64,000 bases of DNA from Atractiella rhizophila (lineage: Eukaryota): positions 1 through 64,000 of the forward strand of contig MU271412.1 of the NCBI GenBank assembly GCA_021432655.1, given 5' to 3'. Of this stretch, positions 1-12,650 are shown in pieces (the first letter of the stretch is position 1; each line of letters begins with the position of its first letter). The notes beneath the pieces are model-generated. The model was not told where the DNA came from and did not search any database. It saw only the letters and a list, made by a program, of their open reading frames with translations. A program made the translations under genes and the position numbers.

Positions 1-95
1 ACCCTAACCCTAACCCTAACCCTAACCCTAACCCTAACCCTAACCCTAACCCTAACCCTAACCCTAACCCTAACCCTAACCCTAACCCTAACCCT
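1..95. repeat. Telomeric repeat array (CCCTAA)n / (TTAGGG)n, chromosome end
   Basis: Perfect ACCCTA hexamer repeats run from base 1 to ~95, followed by unique sequence; the C-rich strand is at the 5' end, as expected for a left chromosome end. Confidence 0.98.
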
Positions 96-242
96 TGTCA
101 ATGTCATCCCTCCTGGAAGATTCAGCATTTCGCTCCACCTATCCATTCCCCCCTCTTTCCTATCTTGCTTGCCTCCGCAAATTCACACCCTCCGACTCAC
201 TTTTTCTTATCTCCTTGTTTCACGTATCTTTCTCCTGCGCGC

Positions 243-2033
243 ATGCCCTCGAAATTGTCCTATTTGTCACTTAACCGCTTAGAAAATGTGCAGGCGGAGG
301 ACGGCATAGTTCATCTTTGTGTCACGTTTCACCACAAAAATATCACCGTAACCCCTATAGACGCCGGATTGCATGCAAGTACTGTAGATTTGTCTGTCGA
401 GTTGTCTCTCGGTTCATCCGTCCATCTGTCCCTTGGAATCTGATGGAAAATCAAAGGACAAATCGGACAAATCGGTCGTCAAACGAGAAATCAAACTAGA
501 TATTATTTGAGACAAGCTACATGTCGAGTCAGACGCTCGCGTCAAGTCAAACCCCGAATCAGATGTAACATCAGATTTTGATTACGTCGAATCAGATGTT
601 GATTATGCCGATTCGGAGTTGGTGACGACGACTCAGAGGAGATACCGATTTCGATGTCGATTCAGAGTTCGAATCAGATAAATTAGATTTCGATTCAGAT
701 GCCGACTCAAATGTCGCTTCATATGAGGATCCACGCATCAATCCATATCTTCATTCAAGCAATATTCACTCGAACGTTTCCTCTCCAGGAACTTCCATCT
801 TCGCCCCCACGCCTTACACTCCAGAGGCGAACGGTTCTTTGTCCCTATTAGTGACGACATATCGTTATCCCTCCCATCCCAGAGCACCGCAAACGTCATC
901 CAACTCTCGCTCTCCTCACCTTAAGGGGTCATTTCAAGCTCAATTTCCTGTTTGCCCTTAAAACTCCTTACTTTGATCTTCGGTTTCCTGATCCTCGAAG
1001 CCGATGCTGATAACAACCTCATCCGATTCGAGGCAGTTTCCATCCTGCCCGATGTCTGCCAGCTCTGGAGGTCTGTTCCAGCTCCTTATTGGGACAAACC
1101 TGCTTCGGCGACTGAGGGTCATGCTCGCTTGAAACTTATCCTAGTGCCGGACGTCTATGGAAAACACTGAGATTCCAAGAAAATATTAGCCTTTGGTCAT
1201 CATGAGGTCGCCGAATGTTCGAACATTGTAAATGCATCTTGGAATGAAGGGGAAGCGAAGATGGTACTGAGATCAATTCAAGAGGGGTTGCAAAGTGGGA
1301 ATTCCATAACATTTAGTATTGTTTGAGAAGGTGGAGGAAGGTGGAGGTGGAGAGCTTTATGCAGGGGATTAAGCGGAGGATAGTGGCGTCCAAAGCTCAA
1401 GAAGTAGATGACTCTTCTCCTCTGGCTATTCCGCTATTCCGCACCAGCAGGCCTTCGATTTTATCCAGGCTTCAAATTCTACGGCTTTACAGGTACCCAC
1501 CTCTCCCATCGATCTCCCTCCGTGCGGCCTCAGGACCTTGTCTCTCTCACATCTCTGTCCGCTACCTCGCTCAATATCGGACTACCCTTTGCCGCCTCTC
1601 CTAGAACAGCTGAAGGTCGTGCTCGCCCCCTTCTCCGCTGGTGGAACGACCTCGACCCTATCGTCTCCGCTCGATTTATCACATCTCACCAAGCTCACTT
1701 ACCTAGAGCTCGACGGCGGAGAAGAAACTTCAGACCTTGCTTCACGCCGATTCTTCAGCACTCTCAAAAGTGCGACGGCGATATATAATATCAGTCTAAC
1801 GTACTGTGGACTCGTCGATTTCCCAGATTTCGTCCACTAGTTCTTTGGGACTAGCAGGTGAGAGGTGCCGTAGAGCAGGAAGGTGGCCCAAAAGGTGGAT
1901 CTGAACGGGAGGGAGGGATCGTAACCTTCATTTGTTTTTTGGAGACTAGCATGAGGGGGAGATCGGGATTGCGAGAAGGGCGATGGCAGAGTGTGAGGTG
2001 AACAAGTTCATGACCGTAGAACTCATGGAATAG
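243..2033 (+). pseudogene. Disrupted F-box/LRR-like gene, paralog of the 26819-28294 gene
   Basis: Fragments in different frames align by eye, in order, with the 26819 protein: 'VTPIDAGLHASTVDLSVELSL' vs 'LIPLSETSHACDLSVYLPL'; 'LPLKLLTLIFGFL..VCQLWRSVPAPYWDKP..ARLK/YPSAGRLW' vs 'MPVELLEVVFSFL..VSKRWRAVAAAYLPEP..SRLRAYPGAGRRW'; 'LTYLELDGGEETSDLASRRFFSTL' vs 'ICELVLDGLHENSNLLPYDFFTQL'; 'LFFGD*' vs 'NFFGQW'. Several frameshifts and in-frame stops. Confidence 0.8.
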
Positions 2034-2379
2034 TGCGCTGCAAATTAGGCCACTTTCGGTGGCTCATGAATGAATAAAACAATTCACGAAGAGTCGTAGT
2101 CTGAAATCGCTGCGAGACGACAGCTGCCCCCAACATAAAAGTGCTTTAGCCGAAGTCGCACTACTGTTAAACTATTCTGCAAGGCAAGTATACAATGAAT
2201 TAACCGTGCGTCCGTTGCAACCCAGACCACGCCGCAGGTTGTGCCTGATGATGTGTGAGAATCAATGCAGAAGTAGGATAAGAAGAAATGAAGAAGAATC
2301 TGTAATATTAATGAACACAGAATGAAGTTTCAAAAGGTATATACACTCGCCACAAATAACTCTTGATTTACGGCATCGG

Positions 2380-3471
2380 TGGCAAAGTCAAGCTCATGGA
2401 GAATGGAAACGAACAGCGGACGACGGGGACGGGACCAGGAACTCGATACGTTGTCAACGCCTATTTTCCCAGATTGGATCGGATTCATCTGTAGCAACAA
2501 CCTTCGGTGATCCACAAGAACCATTCATCTTGAGAAAAGTTGCCGAGTAATAGGAATGAACTATGCCCACACGAGAGTGTATCAGGTAATGTCAATTGAT
2601 TTGAGACATCCTTGGAACACCTTCTCGGCTACATCCGTACTGTATTGGACTCTCCAGTTTCGCCTAACCCCAGTGCGCCCCTTGCCTTGATTGTTTCAAT
2701 ATATTGAGGGTTAACTATAATCCTAGTGCTCATCGCTTCCGATGAGAAAAATGAACGAGCTAAACGGACCCTCTTCTCGAGCGTTAATATCGTGGAAAGT
2801 CTACAAAGCAGTTTGACCAAATAACCTCAGGAAGGATATCAAAGTTCAGAAAATTAGAACGAGATTTGTTTGTAAAGTAGACGAAAGAATAATGAAGCGT
2901 GAAGGAAAATTTGAACAAACTACTGTAAGCGCACAGAGTAGGAAAAGAGCAAAAGTGAAGAGCTTATCTTATTGGGGCATTCATTCTGGATGAAGGTAAC
3001 CCCACCCAGTTCACTGCAGTAAAGGCGCTGTTTCGGGCTCGGAAAAGGCAAAAAAGGAAGAATGACATTTGGGCAGTTGGGCTGGACGGGTGCGACACAA
3101 TGGTTCCAGTAACATCGATCCGTGGCCCTGAGGCGAGACTTAGGGTTATTGAAGCCTGGCTGAATATTATACACCCCTTATCACTGCTGGCAACAATGTC
3201 AGATGGATCGACAGCCTGTGCTTTATGCCCCCTATTCCCAGCGACTCGACTCGGACATCGGCTGTGTGTCCTTGCTGAATGCACAAGAAACGCACCTCAT
3301 GACCCCACTCCGGATCGTTGTGTTCACACCTGGACTCTTAACCTCGTTCTGGAACTTCTCCACAATCTTGATCACCTAGAAACAATAAAAGCCCAGAAAA
3401 CAAAATTCTACTACTGTTCCTTCGCGACGGAACTGTTCTGTCAGTCAAATTTGGCTGGGGAACGGAGTTAG
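2380..3471 (+). pseudogene. Possible degraded gene of unknown function (Cys/His-rich 3' part)
   Basis: Protein-like reading segments (KDIKVQKIRTRFVCKVDERIMKREGKFEQTT followed by a GTAAGC donor; AFILDEGNPTQFTAVKALFRARKRQKRKNDIWAVGLDGCDTMVPVTSIRG...CALCP...CVHTW) are broken by stops; no recognisable family. Confidence 0.25.
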
Positions 3472-3745
3472 GGTCAGGGCCAGGGTGATTCCCGTCAGCC
3501 CGAGAGGCGGACGGAAAGGGAAGGGGATTAATATTGCAAAAGGAAATGTGAAACAGACTGGAATTTAAATTGTACATTACACTAGTTTATCCCAGAGCTG
3601 CGTGTCTGAGCGCTTAATCATGCAGATCTGAGCCAAGAGCATATAGGGCACAAGGCGCATAAATACTTCCTTGTTTGAGTCATTTTGGCAATTTGGAATG
3701 GTTCGAGACTAACGATGAAGCTCTAATCGCAGGAACTCAATCATC

Positions 3746-5423
3746 ATGGTTGCAGCCCAGATCAGCCAATGCCTCGACTCCTTCGCGCTCCCTGTCCAAC
3801 CCGTAAGCGATGAGCGTGAGACCGCTAACACCCAGACTGCTCGTCTCACGACTATCGGCATCAGTGCAGCATCAGTGCACATGTCATCCCTTTTCACATC
3901 GCTCAGCACGTAGATTTGGTTTCTGATATTCTCGCAGCGGTCGATCAATGGTTCTCCGTGACACCACACGAAACCCCACTGTTGACGCCACTTTTCCAAT
4001 TCGTTCCGATACTCATCTTCAATTAATTCGGAAAAAACACTTGGGGTCAGAGGTTGAGGCTGACCGTGCTTTTGACAGTTGGCTGTCGGCACTAGATATC
4101 TATCGAGGAGGGAGAAGCCAAGTGCGCAACGATTGTGACGACTCTGGCTATGGCATCCAGTGCGATGGAATATTGACATTTCAAGATGAATCAAAATCCA
4201 TTCTTGAGTTCAGGTCAACGGCTGCTTTCAACCACTATGCACCAAGGATAATTAACCTTGCTCGTGGAGAGGACAATCAAGGAACTGCCTTACGTATTAG
4301 TAATTGTCTAGAGAGTGACGAAAGGTCTATCATCTTCAAGGTCCGCGTCTCACTTACAGAGAGATTGACGTCTTCTCAACCCGTTCCTCCTTCGTCTAGC
4401 TCGGCATAAAGACGATACACAAAGGAACGAGATTTGGATTACTGTTCGATGGTCTCCATGCCATTGTTTTGGAGAAAATCTACTTTCCAACCCAAGAGAC
4501 CCTACCTCGGTTTTATCTCGCGTGCTCCGATGTCTACTCCATCGTGAATACCTCATTGCTCAAACTGCTCTTCGGGCTGTCCTTGGGAGATGACCTTGAC
4601 ATCCGACGATATACAAATGGCTTCGTTCCGCCAGTCCCTGCACCACTGCCGCCGACTAACGAGAAACCTTTGACACGACTCCGACCTTCTTCCTCTTCAA
4701 CGACCCGTTATAATTTACGGTCCAGTCGCAGGAGACAGCAGGCTTTCACACTTGTATGTCTCGAAATAAGCACCGTCAGATTTCCGGCATCTTGTTATCC
4801 TGAGCATGCATTCCAGTTGACAGATGTTTGGCCTGAACGGAAAGGTCGTGGAAATTGTGTTACTCAGTTGGAAATTTGGTCATTTCAGGCGAGAGGTGGC
4901 GGTGGCGTGGTTTATGAAGGCTATATTATCGATGGAGAAGGCTACTCCATGCGAGTGGCAGTTAAGCTCTTTGACCAGACGAAGCGCGATTGCTTTGAAC
5001 GCGAGTCGATAGCTTACCGCCTTTTGGAGAACTATCATGGGGACGCCGTGCCGACGGTTTATGGCATTTACACCTTCGCGAAGGGTATGGGATTAATTGT
5101 TATGAAATTTTAGAAGGGGCATCGGAATGCCAGGACGGGAAGGTTGTGACATCGCAAAGGAGGTTAGTACGCAGACCCCCTACAATTGTTCTAGAGACAT
5201 AAATTAGTCACAGGTTGGAACTCATCACAGCGATCAAGAAAATCCATGCTTGCGGAATTCTTCATGGCGATGTGGAGATGCGCAACGTGTACTTGGAGAG
5301 TCAAGAAACTACTTTTACGACTTCTCACATTCATGGACGGCTAAAAGGGTTGCAACTCCGGCAGCGATGGAGCGAGAAATAGAACATTTGGAGACCCTGC
5401 TTGAAATGGACGAAGGCAATTAG
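3746..5423 (+). CDS. PD-(D/E)xK-like domain + C-terminal protein-kinase-like domain (frameshifted in this assembly)
   Basis: Kinase motifs: GGGGVVY, VAVK, FERE, VPTVYG, IHACGILHGDVEMRNV (~5243-5290), YDFS. N-terminal 'GIQCDGIL...ILEFRS...HYAPRI'. Introns at ~4341-4399 and ~5163-5213. Four single-base frameshifts fall in homopolymer runs. Confidence 0.7.
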
Positions 5424-6166
5424 TATGTGCTCATTCGCATTCCTCCTATAAAATTCATTATGAATTTTTAAAGATCAATCAAGGATCGCCACGAATTCCC
5501 CGCCTCCTTCCAGTTATTGCCTAATATTTGTACACATTCTGTCATTATAGCTGCATGGCACGACGCATTGAGAAACTCTTTTTGTGCAAAATCAAGCATA
5601 AGGTTCTCATTTTCATAAGTCATATTCACTTTTGTCGTCTTACTGTCATCTTGTCAATCTTAGTTTTGCCATCTACTAGTAACTGCATTACCAAACTTAC
5701 AAATAACACCCCTCTTGCAATATCCTCTTCCCTCTCCTACTGTCCGACCACATTCTCGTCCCTCACTTTCCATTCTCTCCCTCTTCCCTCCCTTCTCTCC
5801 GGCACCCACGCCTAATCGTCCCACCTCATCTCGGCCGCTCTCCCTCTGCTGGTGGAGTGGATGGAGGAAGGGAAGAGTGGGAGGAAGACGGGTCCGGACG
5901 GAGGGAGACGCTGGGTCACAGGGCACTGGCAGGGAACAGGGGAAGGCACTATTTTTGGGTGCCATTTGGGAGTGATGGTCACTAAAGCATACCTGATGTA
6001 AAAGTGATGAGTTACAGATCCAAAACAGACGTAGTTTACAATGGATAGAGGAACAAACGAAAGAACGCTTTGTGTATACGTAGAGAAAGATGAATAATGA
6101 TGATGGACGGGATGACGATAATGTGCGAGACACAAAAAGCTTCCATTCTCCCAAGGAAGACAGGTA

Positions 6167-9100
6167 CTACTTGGGAGGCGCTGCTGGCGCCTTCCCTTCT
6201 CCCCTTCGCTGCTTTTGAAGCTCCTTCCTCAACACCTCGGTCCATAGAGGTCGCTCCGGTATACGCTCCAAAATATTATCTTTCAGTTTCGCCATCCACT
6301 CCCGCTTCTCTTCATCAGTCCCAGCATAAAAATGAACCTCGCTCTTATCATTGAATATGAGACGGAAGGAACGAGGCACATGCATGTACTCGTCGTCGTC
6401 ATCGTTCGCAATCGAAGTGAGCAACGTGAGGTTATTGTCCTCGATCGCAACGACTTTGAGAAGGTCAAGCTGGAAAAGGGGGGAAGTGACGACGTCGTTG
6501 AAGGCTCGTAACCGCGCGCCTTTCAGTTGCATATACTGGCGTCTCCAAGTCTATGCCGAAATCAGAAATTACACCTTGTGGACAGTGTGCCTTACCAAGT
6601 CTCGCCTGCGATGGTTGAGGAATCCCTCATGAAAGACTGTGTCATGCCATACCAGGCTCTTAAGCCCGAACATGGCCTTGTCCAAGTTGATGGGACCAGC
6701 GTTGCGACCAATTCCAGGAAGGTAAGGCAGGCGCAGAATCTCTAATTCCACGTGTCCAATGGGTTTCTGATCTCCCTTCCTCATGGGTTCCCCATAAGAG
6801 CTGCTAACCGCGGTACTGGATCCACTGGAGGAACTTCCGCTGCTCTGTGATTGGGCTTCAATGACCGTGAACGCAGTGTCTTGTGAGACGCGATAATTTC
6901 CACTGATAGGTGACATTAGCGGCTGAAGGATTCTTCGTTTTCGTAGGTAAGAGCCTTGCAGTTGTTCTGTCGAGAAATCGATGACAGTGCGAGCGAACAC
7001 ACCGTCGTTGCGACAGTGGTATAAGAGGGGTTCCCTTGAGAACGATGGTGGAATCGGTTCTCGGGCTGGGGAAGATTTTGCGGCCTTCTTTGGCGAGCCA
7101 AAGAGTCTGCCCAACCCAGAACGATGTTTCGATTCTGTGGATGTTGGAGTGACTGGTCGAGGGGGAAGGAGGTGAAAATCGCGGTTAGGGTCAATTTGGA
7201 GTTGGAACCGGAGAGAACATGTCAGACGGGGGGCGTAGTTACTGTTACTTGTGAGATTAGGAGCAGGGGTGGTAATTCCAACTCACAGTTCCCATTCTTG
7301 ATTCAAGCGAACATCGTGCGCCAACCGAAACGTATCCTTTGTCGAAACGTCTGTTTCTCCATTTGACATGACACAGGTGAAAAAGGTAGGTTTTGTGGGT
7401 ACGGGTAGACCAGCAAGTCCCATTTTTATGACTGCCACTGGCTGAGTAACCAGTCTGTGAATAGCAGAGACGACGCACGTTTGACGAAAACTACCCCATA
7501 TCTGCTGCGTACAGTCTCCGCTCGCTGAAGTCGAAGTTGCTCAGTCATCTCGCTCTGTCCCAGCTTCAACGACAGTTCTGACCCAAAAAGATGAAACCTA
7601 CAGCATCGCTGGAACGAACTTTCTTCCATACTTTCCCACAGTCAACATCTCCAGCGTTTCCTACAGTACCAACAGTGTCCGCAGCAAAAATGACCTCTCG
7701 CTCGACGGCGCGATACTTTTTCTATACAAATCAATTAGGCATTAGACAAGAGACGATACCAAAGAGGCGTACGTCGCTACCATCTGCGACACGCTCAAAT
7801 TCTCTCCTCAGATTTTCCACAAATGCCGGTCCAGGAGTAGGTAGAAGGACGTCAGGCAGTATCGCGGGTTCGTCATCTGTTCGGGGAGCAGAGGTAGATG
7901 GGGCGAGTGAGACTGTAAGTTCCTCTTCTTCTACTGTTGGGTGGCGAGTCTGTCCGCAAGCTTTGAGTTCGCAATAAAGAATGAGAAAATAGAGGAAGCA
8001 CGAACCTTCTGTACCTGCATATCCTCCGCATCCCCAGTGCTGAGACTCCTTCTTCCCCTTCCCTTCGCCCTCCTACGCGCAATGATCTCCTTCTCCCTTT
8101 GCCCAGGCGTCATTGCTCCAACCCTTGCAGCCTGCGCATTACCGCCACCTCCTATTCCGGACAGATTGCTCTCCTCGCTGACTGTTCGATGATGACCTCC
8201 CATATCGCTGACCAGCCTTTCCAGCGGAGATTCGGCAGTAAGAGGTGTGAGTAACGACGAGTTTAGAGGAGGAGTTTGCAGAGCTACAGGCTGCGGAGCA
8301 GGCGCGTCAAGCAGCTGAGGCGAAGGCACTGGAGATGGTTTAGGAGGCAGAGGGGGCACACGGGCATCGGGTGCTGATTCAACATTGTAGTTCGCGAGTG
8401 AATCCACGAGACCAGCTTCCTCCAACCTCTTTCGCTTCATCCGCTCATGAATCCCATCCCTCGTAATCCTCGCACGTCCTCTAAAGCTTCCTCCTCCACC
8501 TCCACTACGCGAAAGCGATGACTGAAGCACAGAATTTTTGCGCTCCAAAAGTCCTCCTAAATCCCCAAGTCCACCGCCTGATAACGGATCCAGGTCCGGC
8601 AGAGAGTAAAGTGAGGACATCGAGAGGGATTTTGGCATGTGCGCATAATTCGTGTTGGGAACGGAAGGAGCGTTCGAAACCTTGGTAAGCGAATCGAGTG
8701 AGGTGGATGATGCAAGGGGGGCTGGCGGAGCGGAAGAGTTGGGAAGGCGAGGGAGAGGACGTTGTGTTGGTGGGGAAGAAGACATGGGCTGCGCCTGTGA
8801 CGCGATTTCGTCCCGCTGGTGTTCCTCGATGGCAAACTCGATGATACTACCGTCACCCGCTTCTTCCTCTTCTCCATCCTCCAAGTTTCTGAGGTCTACT
8901 TTCTCACTCCTTCTTAATCCGAGACCAGAAAACTGGCCATCTCCCTCTTCCCTAGGACGTGGCAGGCCCTCCAAGACTTTAGCAGGTGACGAAGGGCGGG
9001 ATGCTGTTTGAGAGAGAGTCGGGCTGAGAAGTTCTCCATGAAGGAGATCGTCAACCATCCTCTCCATCGAGAACCGCGAATCATCAAACGAACCCATCGA

Positions 9101-10850
9101 GGAACGCGAACCATTCGAGCGGAAAGAGACGTATGAGGAGTTGCCTTCCTCTTCGGCATCGCGACGCTCGAACTGTGGCAGGGATAAGGAGTTTCTATCC
9201 CTCGATCGATCAATTTCCGAAGGCGGACGGTCGATGGATAGCCGCTGTTCGTTTCTCGGAGACGGAGGCATCGGTGAGAAGCTGCGCTCTTGGTGCGCGT
9301 CCATCGTCGGCGTGGGAAGGTCTATCTTCTGCATCGGCGGCGAGACCGTTTCCTCCCTCTCCAACCTCCAACTCTCCTCTCTGCTCGCCTCGAGGACAGT
9401 GCTAAGCTCTACTCCGCCTATGCGCTCAACCTCTTCCGCACTCAGTCGACCGTAGAAGTCCACCAATTCGTCCACTCCTCCTTCCTCCACTCCCTCCACA
9501 CTCGCAGCAGAGTCGCGCGACCCTCCCGACTCTCCTGATCCCGCAGAAGACGAAACGACGCTACTGGCCCAAGACACCTCTCTCTCATACTCGACTACCT
9601 GCTGTAACACCTCATCCGGCGCAAACGTGACTGTCTTTCTTCTTGGTCTCCCCAGTCCCAGTGCCTCTTGGCCCATACCGGGAGAAGCGCCTGGAGAAGA
9701 GGGGAAAGCGATTCCTTCGAGCGGAATCGGGGTAGAGGAAGGACGGGCAGGTGGACGTGGACCGTGCAATCCACGGGATGGCCGCGGATCCTTGATTATG
9801 CCTTGCGGAGTAGGCGATGTGAGGTTCACAGATGCGGCGGAAAGAGGAGGAGTCGGCGAAGGCTGAGGGACTACAGATGGGGACGGAGACCTGATTTCCC
9901 TGCTCCACGTTGACCGAGGAAGGTCCTCTTGCATCTCTTGAGAGGAAGAGGAGTCGGTTTGAAGGAAAGGCGAAGCGCTCACCTTTCCCGCCTGTTTCAA
10001 TCCTCCCACAGATGGCCTGCCAGCACCCATGTTGCGATGAGGACGAGGTGCTTCTTCTGTCATCCCGATGGAAGAAGAATTGCGGGCGAAGGAATGGGGA
10101 CGCGGCGTGTTGGCAGCCGTTGTCGACGTCGTCGTGCGCGACGGCGTGAAGGCGCTGAGAGGACGTGTGTGGGGGACGGGAGTGGTGCGATCAAGTGAAG
10201 ATCTAGATGATGATGGCGTCATAGAGGGAGGTGGAGGTGAGACGGATGGAGGAATGACGGGAGAAGGGGAGGGAGAGATGGAGTTCCATGAATTAGACTT
10301 TGGCATCGTCCCTCCTGCTTCTGAAGGAGACGGATCTTTCTCCCTAGGAGGCTGCGGACGAAGGGACGGCATGGACTTCTTTTCTTGCACGGCTGCTCCA
10401 CCTGTTCCTACCAATGAAATCCTCAATCCCATCCTTCTTCAGAAGTTGCTAAGGAATGCAAGACTCACCAGTCCCGCCGCCATCCAGGAGTCCCAAACTT
10501 CGAAGGGCCATCTCTCTCTGCGCTCCTTCTCGCTTAACCGGAACAAAAGCTTTTCTCTCTCCCACTCCAACGCCCTTCCTCTCCTCATCGCGATCGCGGG
10601 GTGGGAAGCCGCTAGACGACTGTTTGAAAATAGAATTGGAGACGAGCGAGTTCGTCTTGACGTGACTGAACGAGTTCGACGTCCTCCTCGCGACCAACGG
10701 CGGCGACTTCGCATCGCTGCTCGCGGCTGCGGGAGAAGACGTGGGAGAGCCGCTGGAGGAGGTGCTGTTGGTGGAGCGGTGGAGGCGGAGGGGTGCCCAG
10801 CCAGAGTGGGAGGAGGACAGGATCTGGGCTGTCGTTGGGGCGGGTGCCAT
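6167..10850 (-). CDS. Bud4/Int1-like anillin-related septin-associated protein (long Ser/Pro-rich N-terminus, C-terminal PH domain)
   Basis: Multi-exon gene. The C-terminal 'HEGFL...|TWRRQYMQLKGARL..F..SFRLIFNDKSEVHFYAGTDEEKREW' is the PH pattern typical of fungal Bud4 homologs, preceded by an 833-aa low-complexity exon. Confidence 0.8.
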
Positions 10851-11941
10851 GACTAATGCGTGCTTAGAGTGTTCGTGCGTGTCGTGAGTGATGAAACGGC
10901 GTGAGAAGAGTGTTTTGGAGAAAGACGAAGTGATCTTTGTGATCTGGCTGGTTGTTGTCGTTCGTTTGGAGCGCGTTGTTTCCGCACGTGATTGCCACAA
11001 CGCATCAACCATCATCTTCACTCTACTAACAGTAGGAGGGTATGGTGGCATCCCTCAAAGATAACGTGAATTGTCTGGTGCTGGTTGAATATGAATAACG
11101 GGACGTCGTCGTGGTGAGCTCATCGAGCTTGGTTTCATGACCGTGACGCTGGCAGGGATGCAAGTCCCTCTTTCGCAGGAGTGCACCACATGCAGAGTGA
11201 GAGTGATTCAGAAAGTGCTGGCTGACGAGTCCGCAAATCGATTCAAGAACAGTTAGTACTCAGTCCCCTTTGTTGACCCATGGACAGCAGTCGCTCCTCT
11301 GTTGTGCGCGACGAGCATGACCGGGAGGATCCATCAGGATTTCTACACAGCCTTGTTCTAGTCCTTTCCAGGGTAGAATATAGCTGGAGTTCCCACCTAC
11401 TCGTAATGCCCGTTGAATGCCGAGTCCTCCTTCAGGCTGCCATGTGCACTGTTCTGCGTTGTTTAACACACACATCTGATGAACCAAAGGGTGATGATGG
11501 CTGAGGCTCTGAGGATTCACATTCACGCACCCGCCTGAAGAATGGTGACGTTGAAACCATATTTAGCTCTCTTTCTGGCTCGATACATGGATGCTTCGCA
11601 GTTCACGATATCAAGAGCGTGGTGACTCCATCTCGGAATGTCATGGGCTTCGATCTCCCCTTCAATATTTGGTCGCCGTTGCTCCGCGCACTGTACTGCA
11701 GATCCTCCCTCTCACCCACTGATCCACCGAATATTCGGTGCTACCAATATTGGCAACTGAGCTCGAGGAGGCAGCTCACCTTCTCTGCACCGAGCTTCCT
11801 TGAGCATTACGAGGGTGACTGAGCCATGTATACAGAGTATGGGCAAAGGAGGAAGATATAAAAGACACACTTTGACCATGTTCAAATTCCCATAATAAAG
11901 CAGCTACAACACAATCGCAAGCAACCATTAATATTCCCAAT

Positions 11942-12650
11942 ATGAAGGCCATTCAACTCGCAGCTTCAGTTTTTCTGGCGGCTTCAGCTCTCGCCACTCC
12001 TCTCAATCTCGTCAAGAGGCAGAGCTTCCCACTCACATACGAATACGACGACGCCGACCAATTTATCACCTACAGCAAAGGGTGGACCCATCTCTGTGAG
12101 TTCCCGTTCTCCCTATTCGAATCTTCATTCTCAAATTGATTGTTTGCTTCAAGCCAATCAAGGCGACATTGATCGCAAAGGGACTGAATCTTACACCAAC
12201 GATCCCAATGCGTACGCTCTTTTTTCACTCACCAGGGTCTTGCATGACAGTGGTTATAATGTTAGGTACCTCTCCTTTCCAGCGCAGGCTGGCGTAGAGC
12301 AATACTACAATGTTACCATTTGGGCCGGAAAGAAGGCCGACAGAGGTGACTTCAAGTTTTACGTCGATGATCAATATGTCGGCACCGGACACGAATACGA
12401 TGCTGCAGCTCACGACGCTACAAAGTCCGGCATCGTATTTAAAAAGGATGGGTTAGTCTCTCTCTTGCTTTTCTGTTACAGAGTCGTCCTGACGTTGGCG
12501 AGAAGCATCAAAGCTGAAGCGGACTCCAAATTTGTTCTCAAGAACGGTGGTTCGCACTACATCTCTTTCGACTGTGAGGAGTACCACTTGTCTGTTCTGA
12601 ATCCAAACTGATCATGAAACAGACGTCGTTATTGAGTATTACGGCCCGTG
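11942..12650 (+). CDS. Small secreted protein with galactose-binding-like (jelly-roll) domain
   Basis: Signal peptide MKAIQLAASVFLAASALA; Kex2-like KR; 'YDDADQFITYSKGW' and 'RGDFKFYVDD' motifs; several short GT-AG introns; TATAAAA upstream at ~11857. Confidence 0.7.

Noticed and set aside
1..95. Repeat array as CRISPR or satellite
   Set aside because: Pure hexamer with no spacers at the sequence end; it is a canonical telomere.
1838..1949. Genome-wide TAG reassignment
   Set aside because: TAG terminates ordinary genes in this window (SFT2, GT8, SDR), and conserved genes have no internal TAG in exons.
96..5500. Telomere-linked RecQ helicase or telomere-targeted retrotransposon
   Set aside because: No helicase, reverse transcriptase or APE motifs seen in any frame.
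7941..10856. Multiple plus-strand ORFs (e.g. 10068-10856, 262 aa)
   Set aside because: Antisense shadows of the low-complexity Bud4-like exons.
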